A program made the position numbers and the translations under genes. Positions 1-12,359 of a stretch of DNA of 64,000 nucleotides are shown in pieces (within the stretch, counting starts at the first letter, position 1; each line of letters starts with the position of its first letter). The notes under the pieces are model-generated. The model saw only the letters and a program-made list of their open reading frames with translations. It had not been told where the DNA came from and did no database searches. Origin of the DNA: Opitutales bacterium (GTDB lineage: Bacteria; Verrucomicrobiota; Verrucomicrobiia; Opitutales; PNEW01). Where the stretch lies: the NCBI GenBank assembly GCA_965197745.1, contig CBDANS010000005.1, positions 352,001-416,000 of the forward strand, written 5' to 3'.

Positions 1-418
1 CACCGGAGTGGAAATGTTCCGCAAAACACTGGATCACGGACAAGCTGGCGATAACGTCGGAATTCTCATGCGAGGTATAGAAAAGGACGAAGTAGAGCGT
101 GGCCATGTTATCGCTAAACCCGGGACCATCACACCCCATGTTGAAGCGAAGGCTGAAGTTTATGTGCTAAGCAAAGATGAAGGAGGCCGTCATACTCCAT
201 TCTTTGATGGTTATCGCCCCCAATTTTATTTCCGAACGACGGATGTAACCGGAGTTTGCTCTTTACCTGAAGGAGTTGAGATGGTCATGCCCGGGGATAA
301 TCTGGGTGTCACTATTGATTTACAAAAGCCGATCGCGATGGAAACAGGTCAACGCTTCGCAATACGTGAAGGAGGTCGAACAATTGGCGCGGGCCGCGTA
401 ACGGAGATTGTAAAATAA
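1..418 (+). CDS. tuf: Elongation factor Tu, 3' part (5'-truncated by window)
   Basis: [44 protein letters not shown] motifs; frame open to the window edge. Confidence 0.99.
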   Translation, partial: TGVEMFRKTLDHGQAGDNVGILMRGIEKDEVERGHVIAKPGTITPHVEAKAEVYVLSKDEGGRHTPFFDGYRPQFYFRTTDVTGVCSLPEGVEMVMPGDNLGVTIDLQKPIAMETGQRFAIREGGRTIGAGRVTEIVK

Positions 419-498
419 TCGATTATTTGCTTATTAATAACAGCCGGGAACCCCAAAAGGAGACGGTTTTCGGATAAAATATTTCAACCTTTACGGGG

Positions 499-574
<76 letters not shown>

Positions 575-582
575 AAAATTTC

Positions 583-807
583 ATGGTCAATCCATTCAAA
601 AAAGTCAGAATATTTTTTACTGAGACCTTACAGGAGCTTAAGAAAGCTTCCTGGCCTTCACGCCTGGAGCTCAGAGATTCAACGGTGGTGGTTATTATTG
701 CCACGATCCTTATTGGTCTCTATATTACCTTGGCCGATTTTTCTGTTTACAATTGGGTTACCTTTTTAACCAAGCTGGTTCGCCCCGAATTTGGAGTCAC
801 CGGCTGA
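583..807 (+). CDS. secE: Preprotein translocase subunit SecE
   Basis: ELKKASWP motif plus one TM helix; between tRNA-Trp and nusG. Confidence 0.95.
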   Translation: MVNPFKKVRIFFTETLQELKKASWPSRLELRDSTVVVIIATILIGLYITLADFSVYNWVTFLTKLVRPEFGVTG

Positions 808-823
808 TCCGACACTTGTAAGA

Positions 824-1399
824 ATGATAGCTACTCAAGAAAATACTGATGCGAAATGGTATGTCGTTCAGACGCTCTCTAATAAAGAGCCGGCTGTAAA
901 ACGCTATCTGGATCGGTATCTCGTCAATGAAGAATTGGAGGACTATATCCAGGAAGTGCTGATGCCGACAGAGACGATTACTGAAGTTAAAAACGGCAAA
1001 AAGACACAGAAAGTTCGGAAATTTTATCCGGGCTATGTTTTTATTCAAATGCGTCTCTATGATGATGATGGGCAGGTTTTACAGAAACCCTGGTATTTTG
1101 TTAACGGAGTAGATGGTGTAATCGGATTTGTCGGTGGTAATAATCCCATGCCGCTCAAGGATGATGAGATTAAACGTATACTTTCACAGGTTCAGGAAGC
1201 CGAGGTCAAAGAAGTGCCTAAAGTCAATTATGAAGCAGGTGAAGAAGTGAAAATCACAGACGGCCCATTTCTCAATTTAAGCGGACGCATTGATGAAATA
1301 GATCCCGAGCGTGGCAAGCTCAAGGTATCGGTTTCAATATTCGGAAGGTTTACTCCAGTCGAACTCGAATACTGGCAAGTGGAACGTTCCAGCGAATAA
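824..1399 (+). CDS. nusG: Transcription factor NusG
   Basis: KWYVVQT, YPGYVF, KOW GPF, IFGRFTPVEL; ATG 824 preferred over TTG 791, which overlaps secE. Confidence 0.97.
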   Translation: MIATQENTDAKWYVVQTLSNKEPAVKRYLDRYLVNEELEDYIQEVLMPTETITEVKNGKKTQKVRKFYPGYVFIQMRLYDDDGQVLQKPWYFVNGVDGVIGFVGGNNPMPLKDDEIKRILSQVQEAEVKEVPKVNYEAGEEVKITDGPFLNLSGRIDEIDPERGKLKVSVSIFGRFTPVELEYWQVERSSE

Positions 1400-1407
1400 T
1401 TTAAAAA

Positions 1408-1833
1408 ATGTCTAAAAAAATCATAAATGTGGTAAAATTACAATTACCTGCAGGTGCAGCTAATCCCGCGCCCCCGGTAGGACCTGCGCTGGGAGCGGCG
1501 GGAGTTAATATCATGGGATTTTGTAAGGAATTTAATGCCAAGACCAAGGATCAAGCGGGCCTTATTCTCCCCGTGGTAATTTCGGTTTACGCTGATCGTA
1601 CTTTTAGTTTTATCCTAAAGTCTCCCCCTGCTGCCGTTTTACTTAAAAAAGCAGCGGGTGTTGCGAAAGGGTCGGGAACGCCTAACCGTGAAATGGTGGG
1701 GCAGGTCTCACGCAAACAGTTAGCTGAAATTGCAAAAACAAAAATGAATGATCTGAATGCAATTGATGAGGATGCGGCTATCAACATTATCGCTGGAACG
1801 GCTCACAGTATGGGGATAGAGGTGCTTGATTGA
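1408..1833 (+). CDS. rplK: 50S ribosomal protein L11
   Basis: [19 protein letters not shown]. Confidence 0.99.
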   Translation: MSKKIINVVKLQLPAGAANPAPPVGPALGAAGVNIMGFCKEFNAKTKDQAGLILPVVISVYADRTFSFILKSPPAAVLLKKAAGVAKGSGTPNREMVGQVSRKQLAEIAKTKMNDLNAIDEDAAINIIAGTAHSMGIEVLD

Positions 1834-1865
1834 ATCATATACTAATTGGATGAAAGTAAAAGCAG

Positions 1866-2561
1866 ATGGTTAAGCTTAGCAAAAGATATCGCAGTGCCCG
1901 TGAGGGATTTAAAACACAGGAAACGCATTCTCTCAGTGATGCGGTAGATATACTGAGCAAGATGCCAAAAGCAAAATTTGACGAAACCGTGGAGCTTTCG
2001 ATCCATCTGGGGGTAGACTCTCGTCAGAGCGATCAGATGGTGCGTGGGGTGGTTGATCTACCCAACGGGAGTGGAAAAAAAATGCGTGTTTTAGTGTTTA
2101 CTGATGACCCACAGGTCGCTCTGGATGCCGGGGCTGATTTCGTGGGTAAAGATGATCTTATTAAAAAAGTTCAAGATGGATGGTTGAATTTTGATGTCGC
2201 TATATCCACACCCAAAGCGATGAAAGAAGTTCGTACTATTGCCCGTATCCTTGGCCCTCGTGGCCTTATGCCTAATCCTAAAAGCGGGACTGTGTCTGAT
2301 GATATTAAAAGTGCAGTAGAAGCTATAAAGAAAGGCGGTCGCGTTGAGTATAAAATGGATAAACAGGCCAATATCGGCGTCGTTGTGGGTAAACGATCTT
2401 TTTCCAATGAACAGATCACGGAGAATGTTAACAAAGTATTTGAATCTGTAGGGCAGGTAAAACCTCAAGGGGTCAAGGAGAAATATGTGCTTGGGGTGAC
2501 GCTTTCCTCAACAATGAGCCCGGGAATAAAATTGGAATCCTCTGTATATTCAAACTTATAA
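1866..2561 (+). CDS. rplA: 50S ribosomal protein L1
   Basis: AKFDETVE, LGPRGLMPNPKSGTV, SSTMSPG. Confidence 0.99.
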   Translation: MVKLSKRYRSAREGFKTQETHSLSDAVDILSKMPKAKFDETVELSIHLGVDSRQSDQMVRGVVDLPNGSGKKMRVLVFTDDPQVALDAGADFVGKDDLIKKVQDGWLNFDVAISTPKAMKEVRTIARILGPRGLMPNPKSGTVSDDIKSAVEAIKKGGRVEYKMDKQANIGVVVGKRSFSNEQITENVNKVFESVGQVKPQGVKEKYVLGVTLSSTMSPGIKLESSVYSNL

Positions 2562-2593
2562 GATTATTAAACTATCGTTTTTCCCCGAAACCC

Positions 2594-3118
2594 ATGAGAG
2601 AAGAGAAAAAATACCTCGTTCAAGAAGCAGGTGATCACCTCGATAAGTCTGAATACGCTTTTCTGGCGGATTATCATCGTATCACGGTGCTGGAAACAGC
2701 AGAATTGAGGAGCTCACTTGCGGAACATGAAGCAGAATTTCATGTTGTGAAGAACAGCGCCCTCAATATTGCCGCAAAGGAGCGTGAATATCCCGAATTT
2801 TCAAGTTGGTTGGATGGCCCTACTGCACTGGTAATAGGCGGTAGCAATCCGCCCGGTGTGGCCAAGGTCCTCGATATATTTTTTAAGCAAAAAGGAAAGG
2901 TTGAAGTTAAAGGGGGGATCATTGGAAAAAAAGCCATTGATTCTGAAGAGATAGCAAGACTGGCCAGTCTACCAAGCGCTGAAGCCCTAAAAGCAAAATT
3001 ACTCAGCTTGTTAAACACCCCAGCGCAACAAATAGTGACGCTCCTTCAGGCGGGCCCCAGAAGTCTGCTGAATGTTCTACAGGCTAAAACACGAGAGGAG
3101 AAGACTGCTGAAGCTTAA
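2594..3118 (+). CDS. rplJ: 50S ribosomal protein L10
   Basis: VVKN, GPTAL, LASLPS motifs; synteny. Confidence 0.96.
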   Translation: MREEKKYLVQEAGDHLDKSEYAFLADYHRITVLETAELRSSLAEHEAEFHVVKNSALNIAAKEREYPEFSSWLDGPTALVIGGSNPPGVAKVLDIFFKQKGKVEVKGGIIGKKAIDSEEIARLASLPSAEALKAKLLSLLNTPAQQIVTLLQAGPRSLLNVLQAKTREEKTAEA

Positions 3119-3221
3119 TCCACGCTTAAATTCAACGATCACGAACATTAAACCAGAACCGATAATTTCACATAATAAATAAATCGAAAACCACATAAGC
3201 ATACATTAATTCAATCTATCA

Positions 3222-3296
3222 CCTGAGGACAGGTTAGGAGAACAGGTCTCTTAAATACTACACCCATTGAGGGGTAGTGCTAACAGTTCAAGGAGG
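3222..3296 (+). promoter_or_regulatory. L10-leader-like structured RNA abutting the rplL Shine-Dalgarno
   Basis: Stems GGAC/GTTC and GTTAG/CTAAC enclose hairpin GAG..CTC, a TTAAA linker and hairpin TACTAC-A-CCC/GGG-GTAGTG; AAGGAGG at 3290-3296. Confidence 0.55.
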
Positions 3297-3301
3297 AAAT
3301 T

Positions 3302-3691
3302 ATGGCAGAAATAAATAAAGATCAAGTCGTCGAATGGCTTAGTAATCAGACTGTGTTGGATATCTCAGATCTGGTTAAAGAATTGGAAGATAAATGGGGT
3401 GTCAGTGCTGCTGCTCCCGTGACCGCAGTTGCCGCCGCCCCTGGAGCTGCTGACGGACAAGCGGCCGCACAGGAGGAAAAGACTGAATTCGAAGTGAACC
3501 TCAAATCATTTGGCGGGCAAAAAATTGCTGTCATTAAGGAGGTGCGTGCGATTACCGGTCTTGGACTTAAGGAAGCAAAAGAACTGGTAGAAAGCGCACC
3601 CAAGCCTGTGAAAGAAGGTGTCGACAAAGCCGAGGCAGAGGAATTAAAAAAGAAACTGGAAGCTGTCGGTGCCGAAATCGAGATCAAATAA
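3302..3691 (+). CDS. rplL: 50S ribosomal protein L7/L12
   Basis: WGVSAAAP hinge, [26 protein letters not shown]. Confidence 0.99.
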   Translation: MAEINKDQVVEWLSNQTVLDISDLVKELEDKWGVSAAAPVTAVAAAPGAADGQAAAQEEKTEFEVNLKSFGGQKIAVIKEVRAITGLGLKEAKELVESAPKPVKEGVDKAEAEELKKKLEAVGAEIEIK

Positions 3692-3825
3692 ACACGTAGA
3701 TCGGTAATACCTATCAATCCCCAATTAAGTAATAGAATCCGTTCGCACATCCTGACGAATCGGAGCGGTTGCTCTATGATTCAACATAATTCGTAATATC
3801 TTAACCTTCAAAAGTTCAAGCACCC

Positions 3826-6800
3826 ATGTCAGAACGTATTAACTTTGGAAAATTACGAGAGGTAATAGCCCCTCCCAATCTCATCGAGAATCAGATTCAA
3901 TCCTTTGAAGCTTTTATTCAATCGGACGTCTCTCCAACGCAGCGCAAAGCGATGGGTTTGGAGGCAGTTTTTAGTGAAGTATTTCCTATCGAGAGTTATG
4001 ATAGCCGCTCCAGCTTACAGTATATTTCATACAGTCTGGCTGGACCTAAAATATCGGAATTGGAGTGCATCCGAGAGGGAGTCACTTATGCTATTTCACT
4101 CTATGTAAAGTTGCGTCTCAAGGAGGAGGACGCGATTAAAGATGAGGAGATCTATATGGGTGAAATGCCCATGATCACGGAGCGCGGTTCTTTTATCATT
4201 AATGGAGCTGAACGTGTAGTTGTGAGTCAACTTCATCGCTCTCCCGGCATTTGTTTTGAGGTCACACCGCATACCAGCGGTAAACTGCTTTACAGTTTCC
4301 GCATCATTCCTGATCGCGGCACTTGGCTGGAGACCCAGTTTGATAATAATGATCTTCTCTACGTCTACCTCGATCGCCGGCGTAGACGCCGCAAGTTCCT
4401 AATTACTACGCTTTTACGAGCTATGGGGTACAGCTCTGATTTCGATATCCTCAACCTTTTCTACAAGATTGATGAAATAAATCTGAAAAAAGCGCTGAAT
4501 ATGGATAATCTCAGTCGCTTGGTCCTCGTCGAGGATGTCATCGATGCCGAGCGGGGCGTAGTCGTTGCCCGTGCTTTTGAGCCGCTTACGAAAACGATCA
4601 TTCGCTCTATAGAAAAGAGTGGGCTTATCAGTGTGCGTGTAATTGACACTTCGGAAGATGAGGGCGCGATTATTCGCTGTCTTAAAAAAGATCCAACGCG
4701 TAACGAAGAAGAAGCCCTCAAAGATATTTATAAACGCCTTCGACCAGGAGAGCCACCGACAGTACCCAATGCCAAGGCTTTGCTGAAACGTTTATTTCAA
4801 GATCCCAAACGATATGATCTGGGCCGCGTTGGGCGTTACAAACTGAATCAGAAACTTGGGCTCAATACCGATCTGGAGATACGTATTCTAAATATTGAAG
4901 ATGTGGTCGAAGCCACACGCTATGTGGTGCGTCTGAAAAGAGGGGATGGAGTTGTCGATGATATCGATCATCTCGGCAGCCGACGTATTCGCACAGTGGG
5001 AGAATTACTCATGAATCAATGCAGAATCGGTCTGGCCCGAACGGAACGTTTGGTTAAAGAGCGAATGACGCTATATGATCAAAGTGTAGATTCGATTACC
5101 CCTCAGAAATTAATTAATCCCAAGGCTCTCAGTACCGTAATTCGCGACTTTTTCGCGCGCAGTCAGCTCAGCCAGTTCATGGATCAGATTAATCCACTTG
5201 CTGAGCTAAAGCATAAGCGCGCCCTATCAGCACTTGGGCCGGGAGGACTCAACCGTGAACGGGCAGGTTTCGAAGTGCGGGATGTCCATCCTTCTCATTA
5301 CGGCCGTATATGTCCCGTCGAAACGCCTGAAGGGCCCAACATTGGACTCATCAATTCACTGAGTACTTATTCGAGAATTAATGAATTTGGCTTTATTGAA
5401 ACCCCATACAGGATTGTTAAGAACGGACGCGTAACCGATAAGGTTGAATTCCTTACAGCAGATCAGGAGGAAGGTCTCGTTATTGCCCAAGCCAATTGCG
5501 AAGTCGATGATAGGGGTAATTTTATAGGGAGTGTCACCGTGCGCAAAGGTGATGATTTTCTCGAAGTCAGCGCTAAAGGAGTCGATTACATGGATGTCTC
5601 CCCGAAACAACTGGTTTCAGTTTCTGCAGGGCTCATCCCTTTTCTAGAGCATGATGATGCCAATCGCGCTCTCATGGGCTCAAATATGCAACGCCAGGGA
5701 GTCCCTTTGCTTAAGACTGAAGCCCCCTTCGTGGGAACCGGTTTGGAAGAACGGGTAGCCAAGGATTCAAAAACGGTAGAAGTGGTGGTTGATAAGGGAG
5801 TGGTTGCGATGGTTGATTCACACCAGATTGTTACATGCAAGGATGGGACCCTTCCCGCTCGTTTTGAACGAAACCCGAAGAGTGATCCCAGTGCTGGTAT
5901 CTATGTTTACAATTTACGAAAATTTATGCGATCCAATGCCGGAACCTGTTTCACTCAAAGGCCTATTGTAAAGAAAGGTGATAAGGTAAAAGCGGGTCAA
6001 GTCATTGCTGATGGTGCCTGTACTGATAATGGAGAGCTCGCTATTGGGCGTAATATCCTTGTGGGTTTTATGCCATGGAATGGCTACAATTTTGAAGACG
6101 CCATTCTCATCAGTGAAAAGATGATAAAAGATGATATTTTTACTTCTATTCACATTGAGGAGTTTGAAGTAACGGCTCGGGATACCAAACTGGGGCCTGA
6201 AGAAATCACGCGAGATATTCCAAATGTTGGGGAAGAGGCGCTACACCATCTGAATCATGACGGTGTCATCCGCGTCGGTGCCGAGGTTAAACCCGGAGAC
6301 ATTCTCGTTGGAAAAATCACCCCTAAAAGTGAGACCGAACTAGCTCCTGAAGAGAAGCTCTTACGCGCTATTTTTGGTGAAAAAGCGGCCGATGTAAAAG
6401 ATACCTCTCTTCTTGTCCCTTCAGGGGTCGATGGTATAGTCATGGATGTTAAAATCTCCAGCCGGATTGATGCTGATAAAGAAAAGCTCAGTCCCGCCGA
6501 TCGGAAGCGTCAAATAAAGAAAATTAACGAAGAATATCGCACCCAAAACGATAAATTACGCGAAAGTCTGACCGAATCGCTATCCAATATTCTACTGGGT
6601 GAGAAAATTCCGCTCGATGTAACGAATAGTGAATCAAAGGAGATTATTATCCCCGCTAATCGAAAGATCACAAAGACATTACTCCGACGTCTCGCTTCTG
6701 TTTATAAAACGATTGAAATCGATCCTTCACCGGTGCGAATCAAGATCGTTGAAATCATTGAATCGTTTAAGACTAAATTCAGCGATCTCGATGATGAACG

Positions 6801-7602
6801 CGAGCGCAAGATTGACTCGATAGAAGCGGGTGATGATATCGAATCAGGTGTAATAAAGCAGGTAAAAGTTTATGTCGCCACAAAACGGAAAGTTCAAGTG
6901 GGTGATAAAATGGCCGGCCGTCACGGCAATAAGGGGGTTGTGGCCAAGATTGTCCCTGAGGAAGACATGCCTCACTTGCCAGATGGCACACCTATTGAAA
7001 TTTGCCTTAACCCCTTAGGGGTCCCCAGTCGTATGAATGTCGGCCAGGTATTGGAGACGCACCTGGGATGGGCTTGTAAAAAGTTGGGTTTAAAAGTCGC
7101 AACGCCGGTTTTCGATGGTATATCTGAAGAGCGCATCCGTGAATATCTGATAGAAGCTGGACTACCTGCCAGCGGTAAAAGCCGTCTTTTCGATGGTCGG
7201 ACAGGAGAACCTTTCGATCAGGAGGTGGTCGTCGGTTATATCTATATGATGAAGCTCAACCACCTCGTGGCCGATAAAATCCATGCCCGCGCGGTTGGCC
7301 CTTACAGCTTAATCACCCAGCAGCCGTTGGGAGGAAAAGCACAATACGGTGGTCAGCGATTAGGAGAGATGGAGGTGTGGGCGCTCGAAGCTTATGGTGC
7401 CGCCTATACCTTGCAGGAACTGCTGACCGTAAAATCCGATGATGTAGCAGGGCGCACTAAAATATATGAGCAGTTAGTAAAAGGCGACAATAGCCTGCAG
7501 GCTGGCACACCACAATCATTTAACGTTTTAATGAAAGAGATGCAGAGTCTCTGCCTTGATGTAAGGCTGAGTAATGAATCGCCATTTAGTTATGAAGCTT
7601 AA
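3826..7602 (+). CDS. rpoB: RNA polymerase beta subunit
   Basis: [46 protein letters not shown]. Confidence 0.99.
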   Translation: MSERINFGKLREVIAPPNLIENQIQSFEAFIQSDVSPTQRKAMGLEAVFSEVFPIESYDSRSSLQYISYSLAGPKISELECIREGVTYAISLYVKLRLKEEDAIKDEEIYMGEMPMITERGSFIINGAERVVVSQLHRSPGICFEVTPHTSGKLLYSFRIIPDRGTWLETQFDNNDLLYVYLDRRRRRRKFLITTLLRAMGYSSDFDILNLFYKIDEINLKKALNMDNLSRLVLVEDVIDAERGVVVARAFEPLTKTIIRSIEKSGLISVRVIDTSEDEGAIIRCLKKDPTRNEEEALKDIYKRLRPGEPPTVPNAKALLKRLFQDPKRYDLGRVGRYKLNQKLGLNTDLEIRILNIEDVVEATRYVVRLKRGDGVVDDIDHLGSRRIRTVGELLMNQCRIGLARTERLVKERMTLYDQSVDSITPQKLINPKALSTVIRDFFARSQLSQFMDQINPLAELKHKRALSALGPGGLNRERAGFEVRDVHPSHYGRICPVETPEGPNIGLINSLSTYSRINEFGFIETPYRIVKNGRVTDKVEFLTADQEEGLVIAQANCEVDDRGNFIGSVTVRKGDDFLEVSAKGVDYMDVSPKQLVSVSAGLIPFLEHDDANRALMGSNMQRQGVPLLKTEAPFVGTGLEERVAKDSKTVEVVVDKGVVAMVDSHQIVTCKDGTLPARFERNPKSDPSAGIYVYNLRKFMRSNAGTCFTQRPIVKKGDKVKAGQVIADGACTDNGELAIGRNILVGFMPWNGYNFEDAILISEKMIKDDIFTSIHIEEFEVTARDTKLGPEEITRDIPNVGEEALHHLNHDGVIRVGAEVKPGDILVGKITPKSETELAPEEKLLRAIFGEKAADVKDTSLLVPSGVDGIVMDVKISSRIDADKEKLSPADRKRQIKKINEEYRTQNDKLRESLTESLSNILLGEKIPLDVTNSESKEIIIPANRKITKTLLRRLASVYKTIEIDPSPVRIKIVEIIESFKTKFSDLDDERERKIDSIEAGDDIESGVIKQVKVYVATKRKVQVGDKMAGRHGNKGVVAKIVPEEDMPHLPDGTPIEICLNPLGVPSRMNVGQVLETHLGWACKKLGLKVATPVFDGISEERIREYLIEAGLPASGKSRLFDGRTGEPFDQEVVVGYIYMMKLNHLVADKIHARAVGPYSLITQQPLGGKAQYGGQRLGEMEVWALEAYGAAYTLQELLTVKSDDVAGRTKIYEQLVKGDNSLQAGTPQSFNVLMKEMQSLCLDVRLSNESPFSYEA

Positions 7603-7626
7603 CCTTTTTAGGAAGGAACATTAATT

Positions 7627-10600
7627 ATGAGTGTACAAGAAGTAAAAGAATTCTTAGGGTTTGAGAAGGATCAGTATTTTGATAGCGTTTCTATCTCTGT
7701 TGCATCACCGGATATTATCCGGTCCTGGTCGCGGGGTGAGGTAAAAAATCCGGAAACGATAAATTACCGAACATTCAAGCCAGAACCTGGAGGATTATTC
7801 TGTCAGCGTATCTTTGGTCCGGTTCGCGACTACGAGTGTGCCTGCGGTAAATACAAGCGCATAAAATTTAAGGGTGTAGTGTGTGACCGTTGTGGAGTCG
7901 AAGTTACTGTCTCCCGCGTCCGTCGTGAACGTATGGGCCACATCGAGTTGGCGGTACCGGTCACGCACATCTGGTTTCTAAAAAGCTTGCCGAGCCGACT
8001 CGGCCTACTCATGGATATGACCGCACGTAGCCTTGAGCGCGTAATTTATTACGAAAATTACATGGTCACCGATCCCGGGAAAACACCGCTTGAGGAAAAA
8101 CAACTCCTGACCGAACAGGAATTTCAACATGCCGTTGAGGAGTATGGGGATGATTCTTTCGTGGCGATGATGGGAGCGATAGCGCTTCGTGAAGTCTTGT
8201 CCAATATGGATCTGGATAACGTTGTTGAAGAGCTGCATGAACAATTGCATAACACGCGTTCTAAACAGATTAAAAAGAAGCTCTCGAGACGACTGAAAGT
8301 GGTGCAGGGATTTATTCATTCCGGGACCCGGCCTAATTGGATGGTTCTCGATGTGCTCCCCGTGATACCTCCCGATTTGCGACCCCTTGTCCCCCTGGAG
8401 GGAGGACGATTTGCGACAAGTGATCTTAATGATTTATACCGAAGAGTTATTAACCGAAATAACCGGTTAAAAAATCTGCTTCAACTCAAAACACCTGATG
8501 TCATTATCCACAATGAGAAACGCATGCTACAGGAAGCCGTCGATGCGCTACTTGACAATGGTCGTCATGGGCGCGCCGTAACGGGTGCCGGAAATCGGCC
8601 ATTAAAATCCCTCAGTGACATGCTCAAAGGGAAGCAGGGAAGGTTTCGCCAGAATCTGTTAGGGAAACGTGTTGATTATAGTGGCCGCTCGGTAATTGTC
8701 ATCGGGCCCGAATTAAAATTGAACCAGTGTGGTTTACCTAAGAAGATGGCACTTGTTCTCTTCGAACCATTTATCATTCGTCGATTAAAAGAACTGGGCT
8801 TTGTGCATACTGTGCGTGGAGCACGTAAAATGATCGAAAAACGTTCTCCCGAAGTTTGGGATATCCTAGAGGAAGTTACAGAAGGCCATCCCGTATTGCT
8901 TAACCGTGCACCTACGCTCCACCGTCTTTCTATACAGGCTTTTGAACCGGTACTCATTGAAGGTGACGCCATTCGTCTGCACCCGCTTGTCTGTCACGCC
9001 TACAATGCAGATTTCGACGGAGACCAGATGGCCGTCCATGTCCCCCTATCTCTAGAGGCTATTCTTGAATCAAAACTGCTCATGATGAGCACGCATAATA
9101 TTTTTTCTCCATCCAGTGGAGACCCGGTTCTCACTCCATCACAAGATGTTGTTCTCGGGGCTTACTATCTGACACTTGAGCCGAGAAAAGAACCCGAAGA
9201 CATTAATGCATTACCTCTTCTGGCAAACGCTTTTGAAGTAGAGTTAGCCGAAATTGATGGGACCTTTAAAAAGCACGATTGGATAAGGTATTTAAATCCT
9301 GATTATGGAAAGGATTCGGTTTACGGAAACAAGGATCGAAAAGTTATTCTCACAACCATTGGACGGGTGCTTTTCAATCAAATATGGCCCAATGAAATTG
9401 GTTATATAAATTTTGCGGTAGCCAAGTCAAAACTTGGAGATCTCATTCTCAACACTTATAAGAGTGCCGGAAGATTGGAAACGGTTAAAGTAGTTGATGC
9501 TTTAAAAGAACTGGGCTTTCAAATTGCCACGACGGCGGGGCTGTCAATCGGGACCGAAGACATGATTATCCCCGATGATAAAGACCAGATTGTCGATCGA
9601 GCCAGAGACCAGGTTAAAGAGGTGGAAAGGCAGTATCGCAAGGGCATTATAACCCAAGGCGAACGTTATAATAAGATTATCGATATCTGGACAAGCGCGA
9701 CTGATGAAATCGCTAAATCGGTTTACGATCGATTACAGGAAAACATGGGTAAAGATGAAGTGAACCCCATATACCTGATGATGGACTCAGGGGCACGCGG
9801 CAGTCGCGTGCAGGTGCGACAACTTTGCGGGACTCGAGGGCTTATGGCTAAACCTTCCGGAGAGATAATTGAACGACCCATACTCTCCTCATTCCGCGAA
9901 GGCCTGACGGTCCTCGAATATTTTATTTCAACACATGGCGCGCGAAAAGGGTTGGCTGATACTGCTCTTAAGACGGCTGATGCCGGTTACCTAACGCGTA
10001 AGCTTTGTGATGTGGCTATGGATGTGATTATCACCTGTGAGGATGACAAGAATCGGGATGGCATTGTGAAATTTGCTATTTACGAAGGTGATGATGAAAT
10101 TGTAAGCCTCTACGACCGCATAGTTGGTCGGTGCGCAAGCGAGGATATCTATAATCCATCTAATGTTGATGAACTCATTATAAGTAACGGTGAATTAGTG
10201 ACCGAAGAAAAAGCGAGAAGAATTGAAGAGTTAGGTATAGAAAGGGTGAAAGTAATGAGCCCGCTCACCCATACCCGCTACGACAGTCTTCCGGCAAAAG
10301 CCTACGGCATCAATCCAGCGACTAATTCATTAGTTGATATTGGAACAGCGGTCGGGATCATCGCGGCTCAGTCAATTGGTGAGCCTGGGACCCAGCTCAC
10401 CATGAGGACATTCCATGTAGGTGGCATTGCCAGTCAGATTTCTAAGAGCAATGAAATCCAGGTTCGGAATGCCGGTACTGTAAAATACCACAGCCTTCGT
10501 ATGGTTCAGGTTAGTGAAGGAGTAAATGTAGTCTTAAATAAGACGGGCAGTATTATCATCGTCGATGAAAATGATAAGGAATTAGAGAGTTATAATATAC

Positions 10601-11778
10601 CAGCGGGTGCAGTTATATCAGTGGGAGATGGTGACGCGATTGAAGACAACGAAACACTTGCTCGTTGGGATCCGCACAACGTGCCTATTCTTTCAGAAAA
10701 AGGAGGAATGATTGGATTTAAAGATATGATTCCCGGTGTTACGGTTAAGAGAGAGCTTGATCCTGCTACGGGACAGATAGCCACGGTAGTTATTGAGCAT
10801 AAGGAAGACCTGAACCCTCAGATTGAAATACGTGAGGCGCCCGCAAATGCGGTACCGAGTAAATCCAGTACTGCTTTGAAAAAAGGTAAATTATTATCTA
10901 CCTATGCGATCCCAACAGGAGCCCAGGTTCAGGTGAATGAGGGGGATATCATTACCCCGGGTTCTCTCCTCGCCAAGACACCACGCCAGGCATCAAAAAC
11001 TCAGGATATCACTGGCGGCTTGCCCCGTGTGGCTGAACTCTTTGAAGCACGCCGGCCAAAGGAAGCCGCGGCAATGGCTAAAATTGATGGCGTTGTTTCC
11101 ATGGGAGGACTCATCCGGAGCAAGAAAAAGCTGATCGTAACCAATGAGGATTCAGGAATCGAAGAAGAGCATCTGATTCCCCATGGCAAACATATCATTG
11201 TGCAACCAGGAGACCTTGTTTATAAAGGTCAGCACCTTACCGAAGGATCCGCTGATCCACATGAAATTCTTGAAATTCTGGGACCGAATACGGTGCAGGA
11301 ATACTTGCTGAGTGAAATTCAGAAAGTCTATCGCCTGCAGGGCGTATCCATTAATGATAAACACATTGAGCTTATCATCAGTCAGATGTTGAGAAAGGTG
11401 CGTATCACCGATCCCGGTGATAGTGATTTTTTCTGGGGTGAGCAGGTAGACAAGGAGTCATTTATGCGGGATAATGAGCGGATCGTCGAAGCGGGTGGAA
11501 AACCAGCAGAGGGGGAACCCGTCCTTCTGGGGATCACCAAGGCCTCGATCGAAACGGAAAGTTTCATTTCCGCCGCCTCTTTCCAGGAGACGACGCGTGT
11601 CCTCACTGATTCTGCCACTTTGGGTAAAGTGGATCACTTAAAGGGCTTTAAGGAAAATGTAATAATGGGGCATCTCATCCCTGCGGGAACAGGGTTACCT
11701 GTTTACCGGCGATTGCGTATCGACACCCTGGGGCCTGAATTAGTAGAAAGTGAGACCGAAACAGAAGAGGTTGTTTGA
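7627..11778 (+). CDS. rpoC: RNA polymerase beta' subunit
   Basis: N-terminal Zn finger, [29 protein letters not shown]. Confidence 0.99.
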   Translation: MSVQEVKEFLGFEKDQYFDSVSISVASPDIIRSWSRGEVKNPETINYRTFKPEPGGLFCQRIFGPVRDYECACGKYKRIKFKGVVCDRCGVEVTVSRVRRERMGHIELAVPVTHIWFLKSLPSRLGLLMDMTARSLERVIYYENYMVTDPGKTPLEEKQLLTEQEFQHAVEEYGDDSFVAMMGAIALREVLSNMDLDNVVEELHEQLHNTRSKQIKKKLSRRLKVVQGFIHSGTRPNWMVLDVLPVIPPDLRPLVPLEGGRFATSDLNDLYRRVINRNNRLKNLLQLKTPDVIIHNEKRMLQEAVDALLDNGRHGRAVTGAGNRPLKSLSDMLKGKQGRFRQNLLGKRVDYSGRSVIVIGPELKLNQCGLPKKMALVLFEPFIIRRLKELGFVHTVRGARKMIEKRSPEVWDILEEVTEGHPVLLNRAPTLHRLSIQAFEPVLIEGDAIRLHPLVCHAYNADFDGDQMAVHVPLSLEAILESKLLMMSTHNIFSPSSGDPVLTPSQDVVLGAYYLTLEPRKEPEDINALPLLANAFEVELAEIDGTFKKHDWIRYLNPDYGKDSVYGNKDRKVILTTIGRVLFNQIWPNEIGYINFAVAKSKLGDLILNTYKSAGRLETVKVVDALKELGFQIATTAGLSIGTEDMIIPDDKDQIVDRARDQVKEVERQYRKGIITQGERYNKIIDIWTSATDEIAKSVYDRLQENMGKDEVNPIYLMMDSGARGSRVQVRQLCGTRGLMAKPSGEIIERPILSSFREGLTVLEYFISTHGARKGLADTALKTADAGYLTRKLCDVAMDVIITCEDDKNRDGIVKFAIYEGDDEIVSLYDRIVGRCASEDIYNPSNVDELIISNGELVTEEKARRIEELGIERVKVMSPLTHTRYDSLPAKAYGINPATNSLVDIGTAVGIIAAQSIGEPGTQLTMRTFHVGGIASQISKSNEIQVRNAGTVKYHSLRMVQVSEGVNVVLNKTGSIIIVDENDKELESYNIPAGAVISVGDGDAIEDNETLARWDPHNVPILSEKGGMIGFKDMIPGVTVKRELDPATGQIATVVIEHKEDLNPQIEIREAPANAVPSKSSTALKKGKLLSTYAIPTGAQVQVNEGDIITPGSLLAKTPRQASKTQDITGGLPRVAELFEARRPKEAAAMAKIDGVVSMGGLIRSKKKLIVTNEDSGIEEEHLIPHGKHIIVQPGDLVYKGQHLTEGSADPHEILEILGPNTVQEYLLSEIQKVYRLQGVSINDKHIELIISQMLRKVRITDPGDSDFFWGEQVDKESFMRDNERIVEAGGKPAEGEPVLLGITKASIETESFISAASFQETTRVLTDSATLGKVDHLKGFKENVIMGHLIPAGTGLPVYRRLRIDTLGPELVESETETEEVV

Positions 11779-11875
11779 ACGCAATGGTAGCAAAACTGAA
11801 TTTTAAGAGCCCATTAAGCAACCGATGCAAGGATGGGAGCATAATGGAAAATTATCAAATATTTAAAAATATATC

Positions 11876-11903
11876 TTGATATCCTCTTAAGAAACAATAC
11901 CTT
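11876..11903 (+). promoter_or_regulatory. Possible sigma70 promoter for the str operon
   Basis: TTGATA-16 nt-TACCTT in the AT-rich gap before rpsL; consensus match only. Confidence 0.3.
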
Positions 11904-11936
11904 TTGCTCTTTTTATAAGAAGTAAAGCTGCTCAAC

Positions 11937-12314
11937 ATGCCCACGATCAATCAATTAGTTAAGAATCCGCGCAGACGTGTAAAATCCAAGTCAAAGGCAC
12001 AGGCTTTAAAAGGGAATCCTTTTAAGCGCGGAGTTTGTGTACAGGTTATGACCCGTACTCCAAAAAAACCGAACTCGGCTATCAGAAAAGTAGCTAAAGT
12101 GCGGTTGACTAACGGCGTAGAAGTGATCGCTTACATCCCTGACGAAGGACATAACCTGCAAGAGCATCATATTGTGCTTGTTCGCGGTGGCCGAGTACAG
12201 GACCTTCCCGGTGTGCGTTACCATATTGTACGTGGCGCGCTCGATTGCATGGGGGTGGAGAAACGCAGACGCAGCCGTTCTAAATATGGGGTGAAGCGCC
12301 CCAAGGCTGCTTAA
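11937..12314 (+). CDS. rpsL: 30S ribosomal protein S12
   Basis: [22 protein letters not shown]. Confidence 0.99.
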   Translation: MPTINQLVKNPRRRVKSKSKAQALKGNPFKRGVCVQVMTRTPKKPNSAIRKVAKVRLTNGVEVIAYIPDEGHNLQEHHIVLVRGGRVQDLPGVRYHIVRGALDCMGVEKRRRSRSKYGVKRPKAA

Positions 12315-12359
12315 TTGATAAACCGGTTTAAACGTTTTACGGCTACTTATTAATATACC

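Noticed and set aside
444..473. Hairpin CCGGGAACC..GGTTTTCGG after tuf
   Set aside because: G-U-rich stem with no U-tract; function cannot be supported
4372..4395. Poly-Arg run DRRRRRRK in RpoB
   Set aside because: Mixed codons, in frame, at a normally basic position; not a slippage repeat
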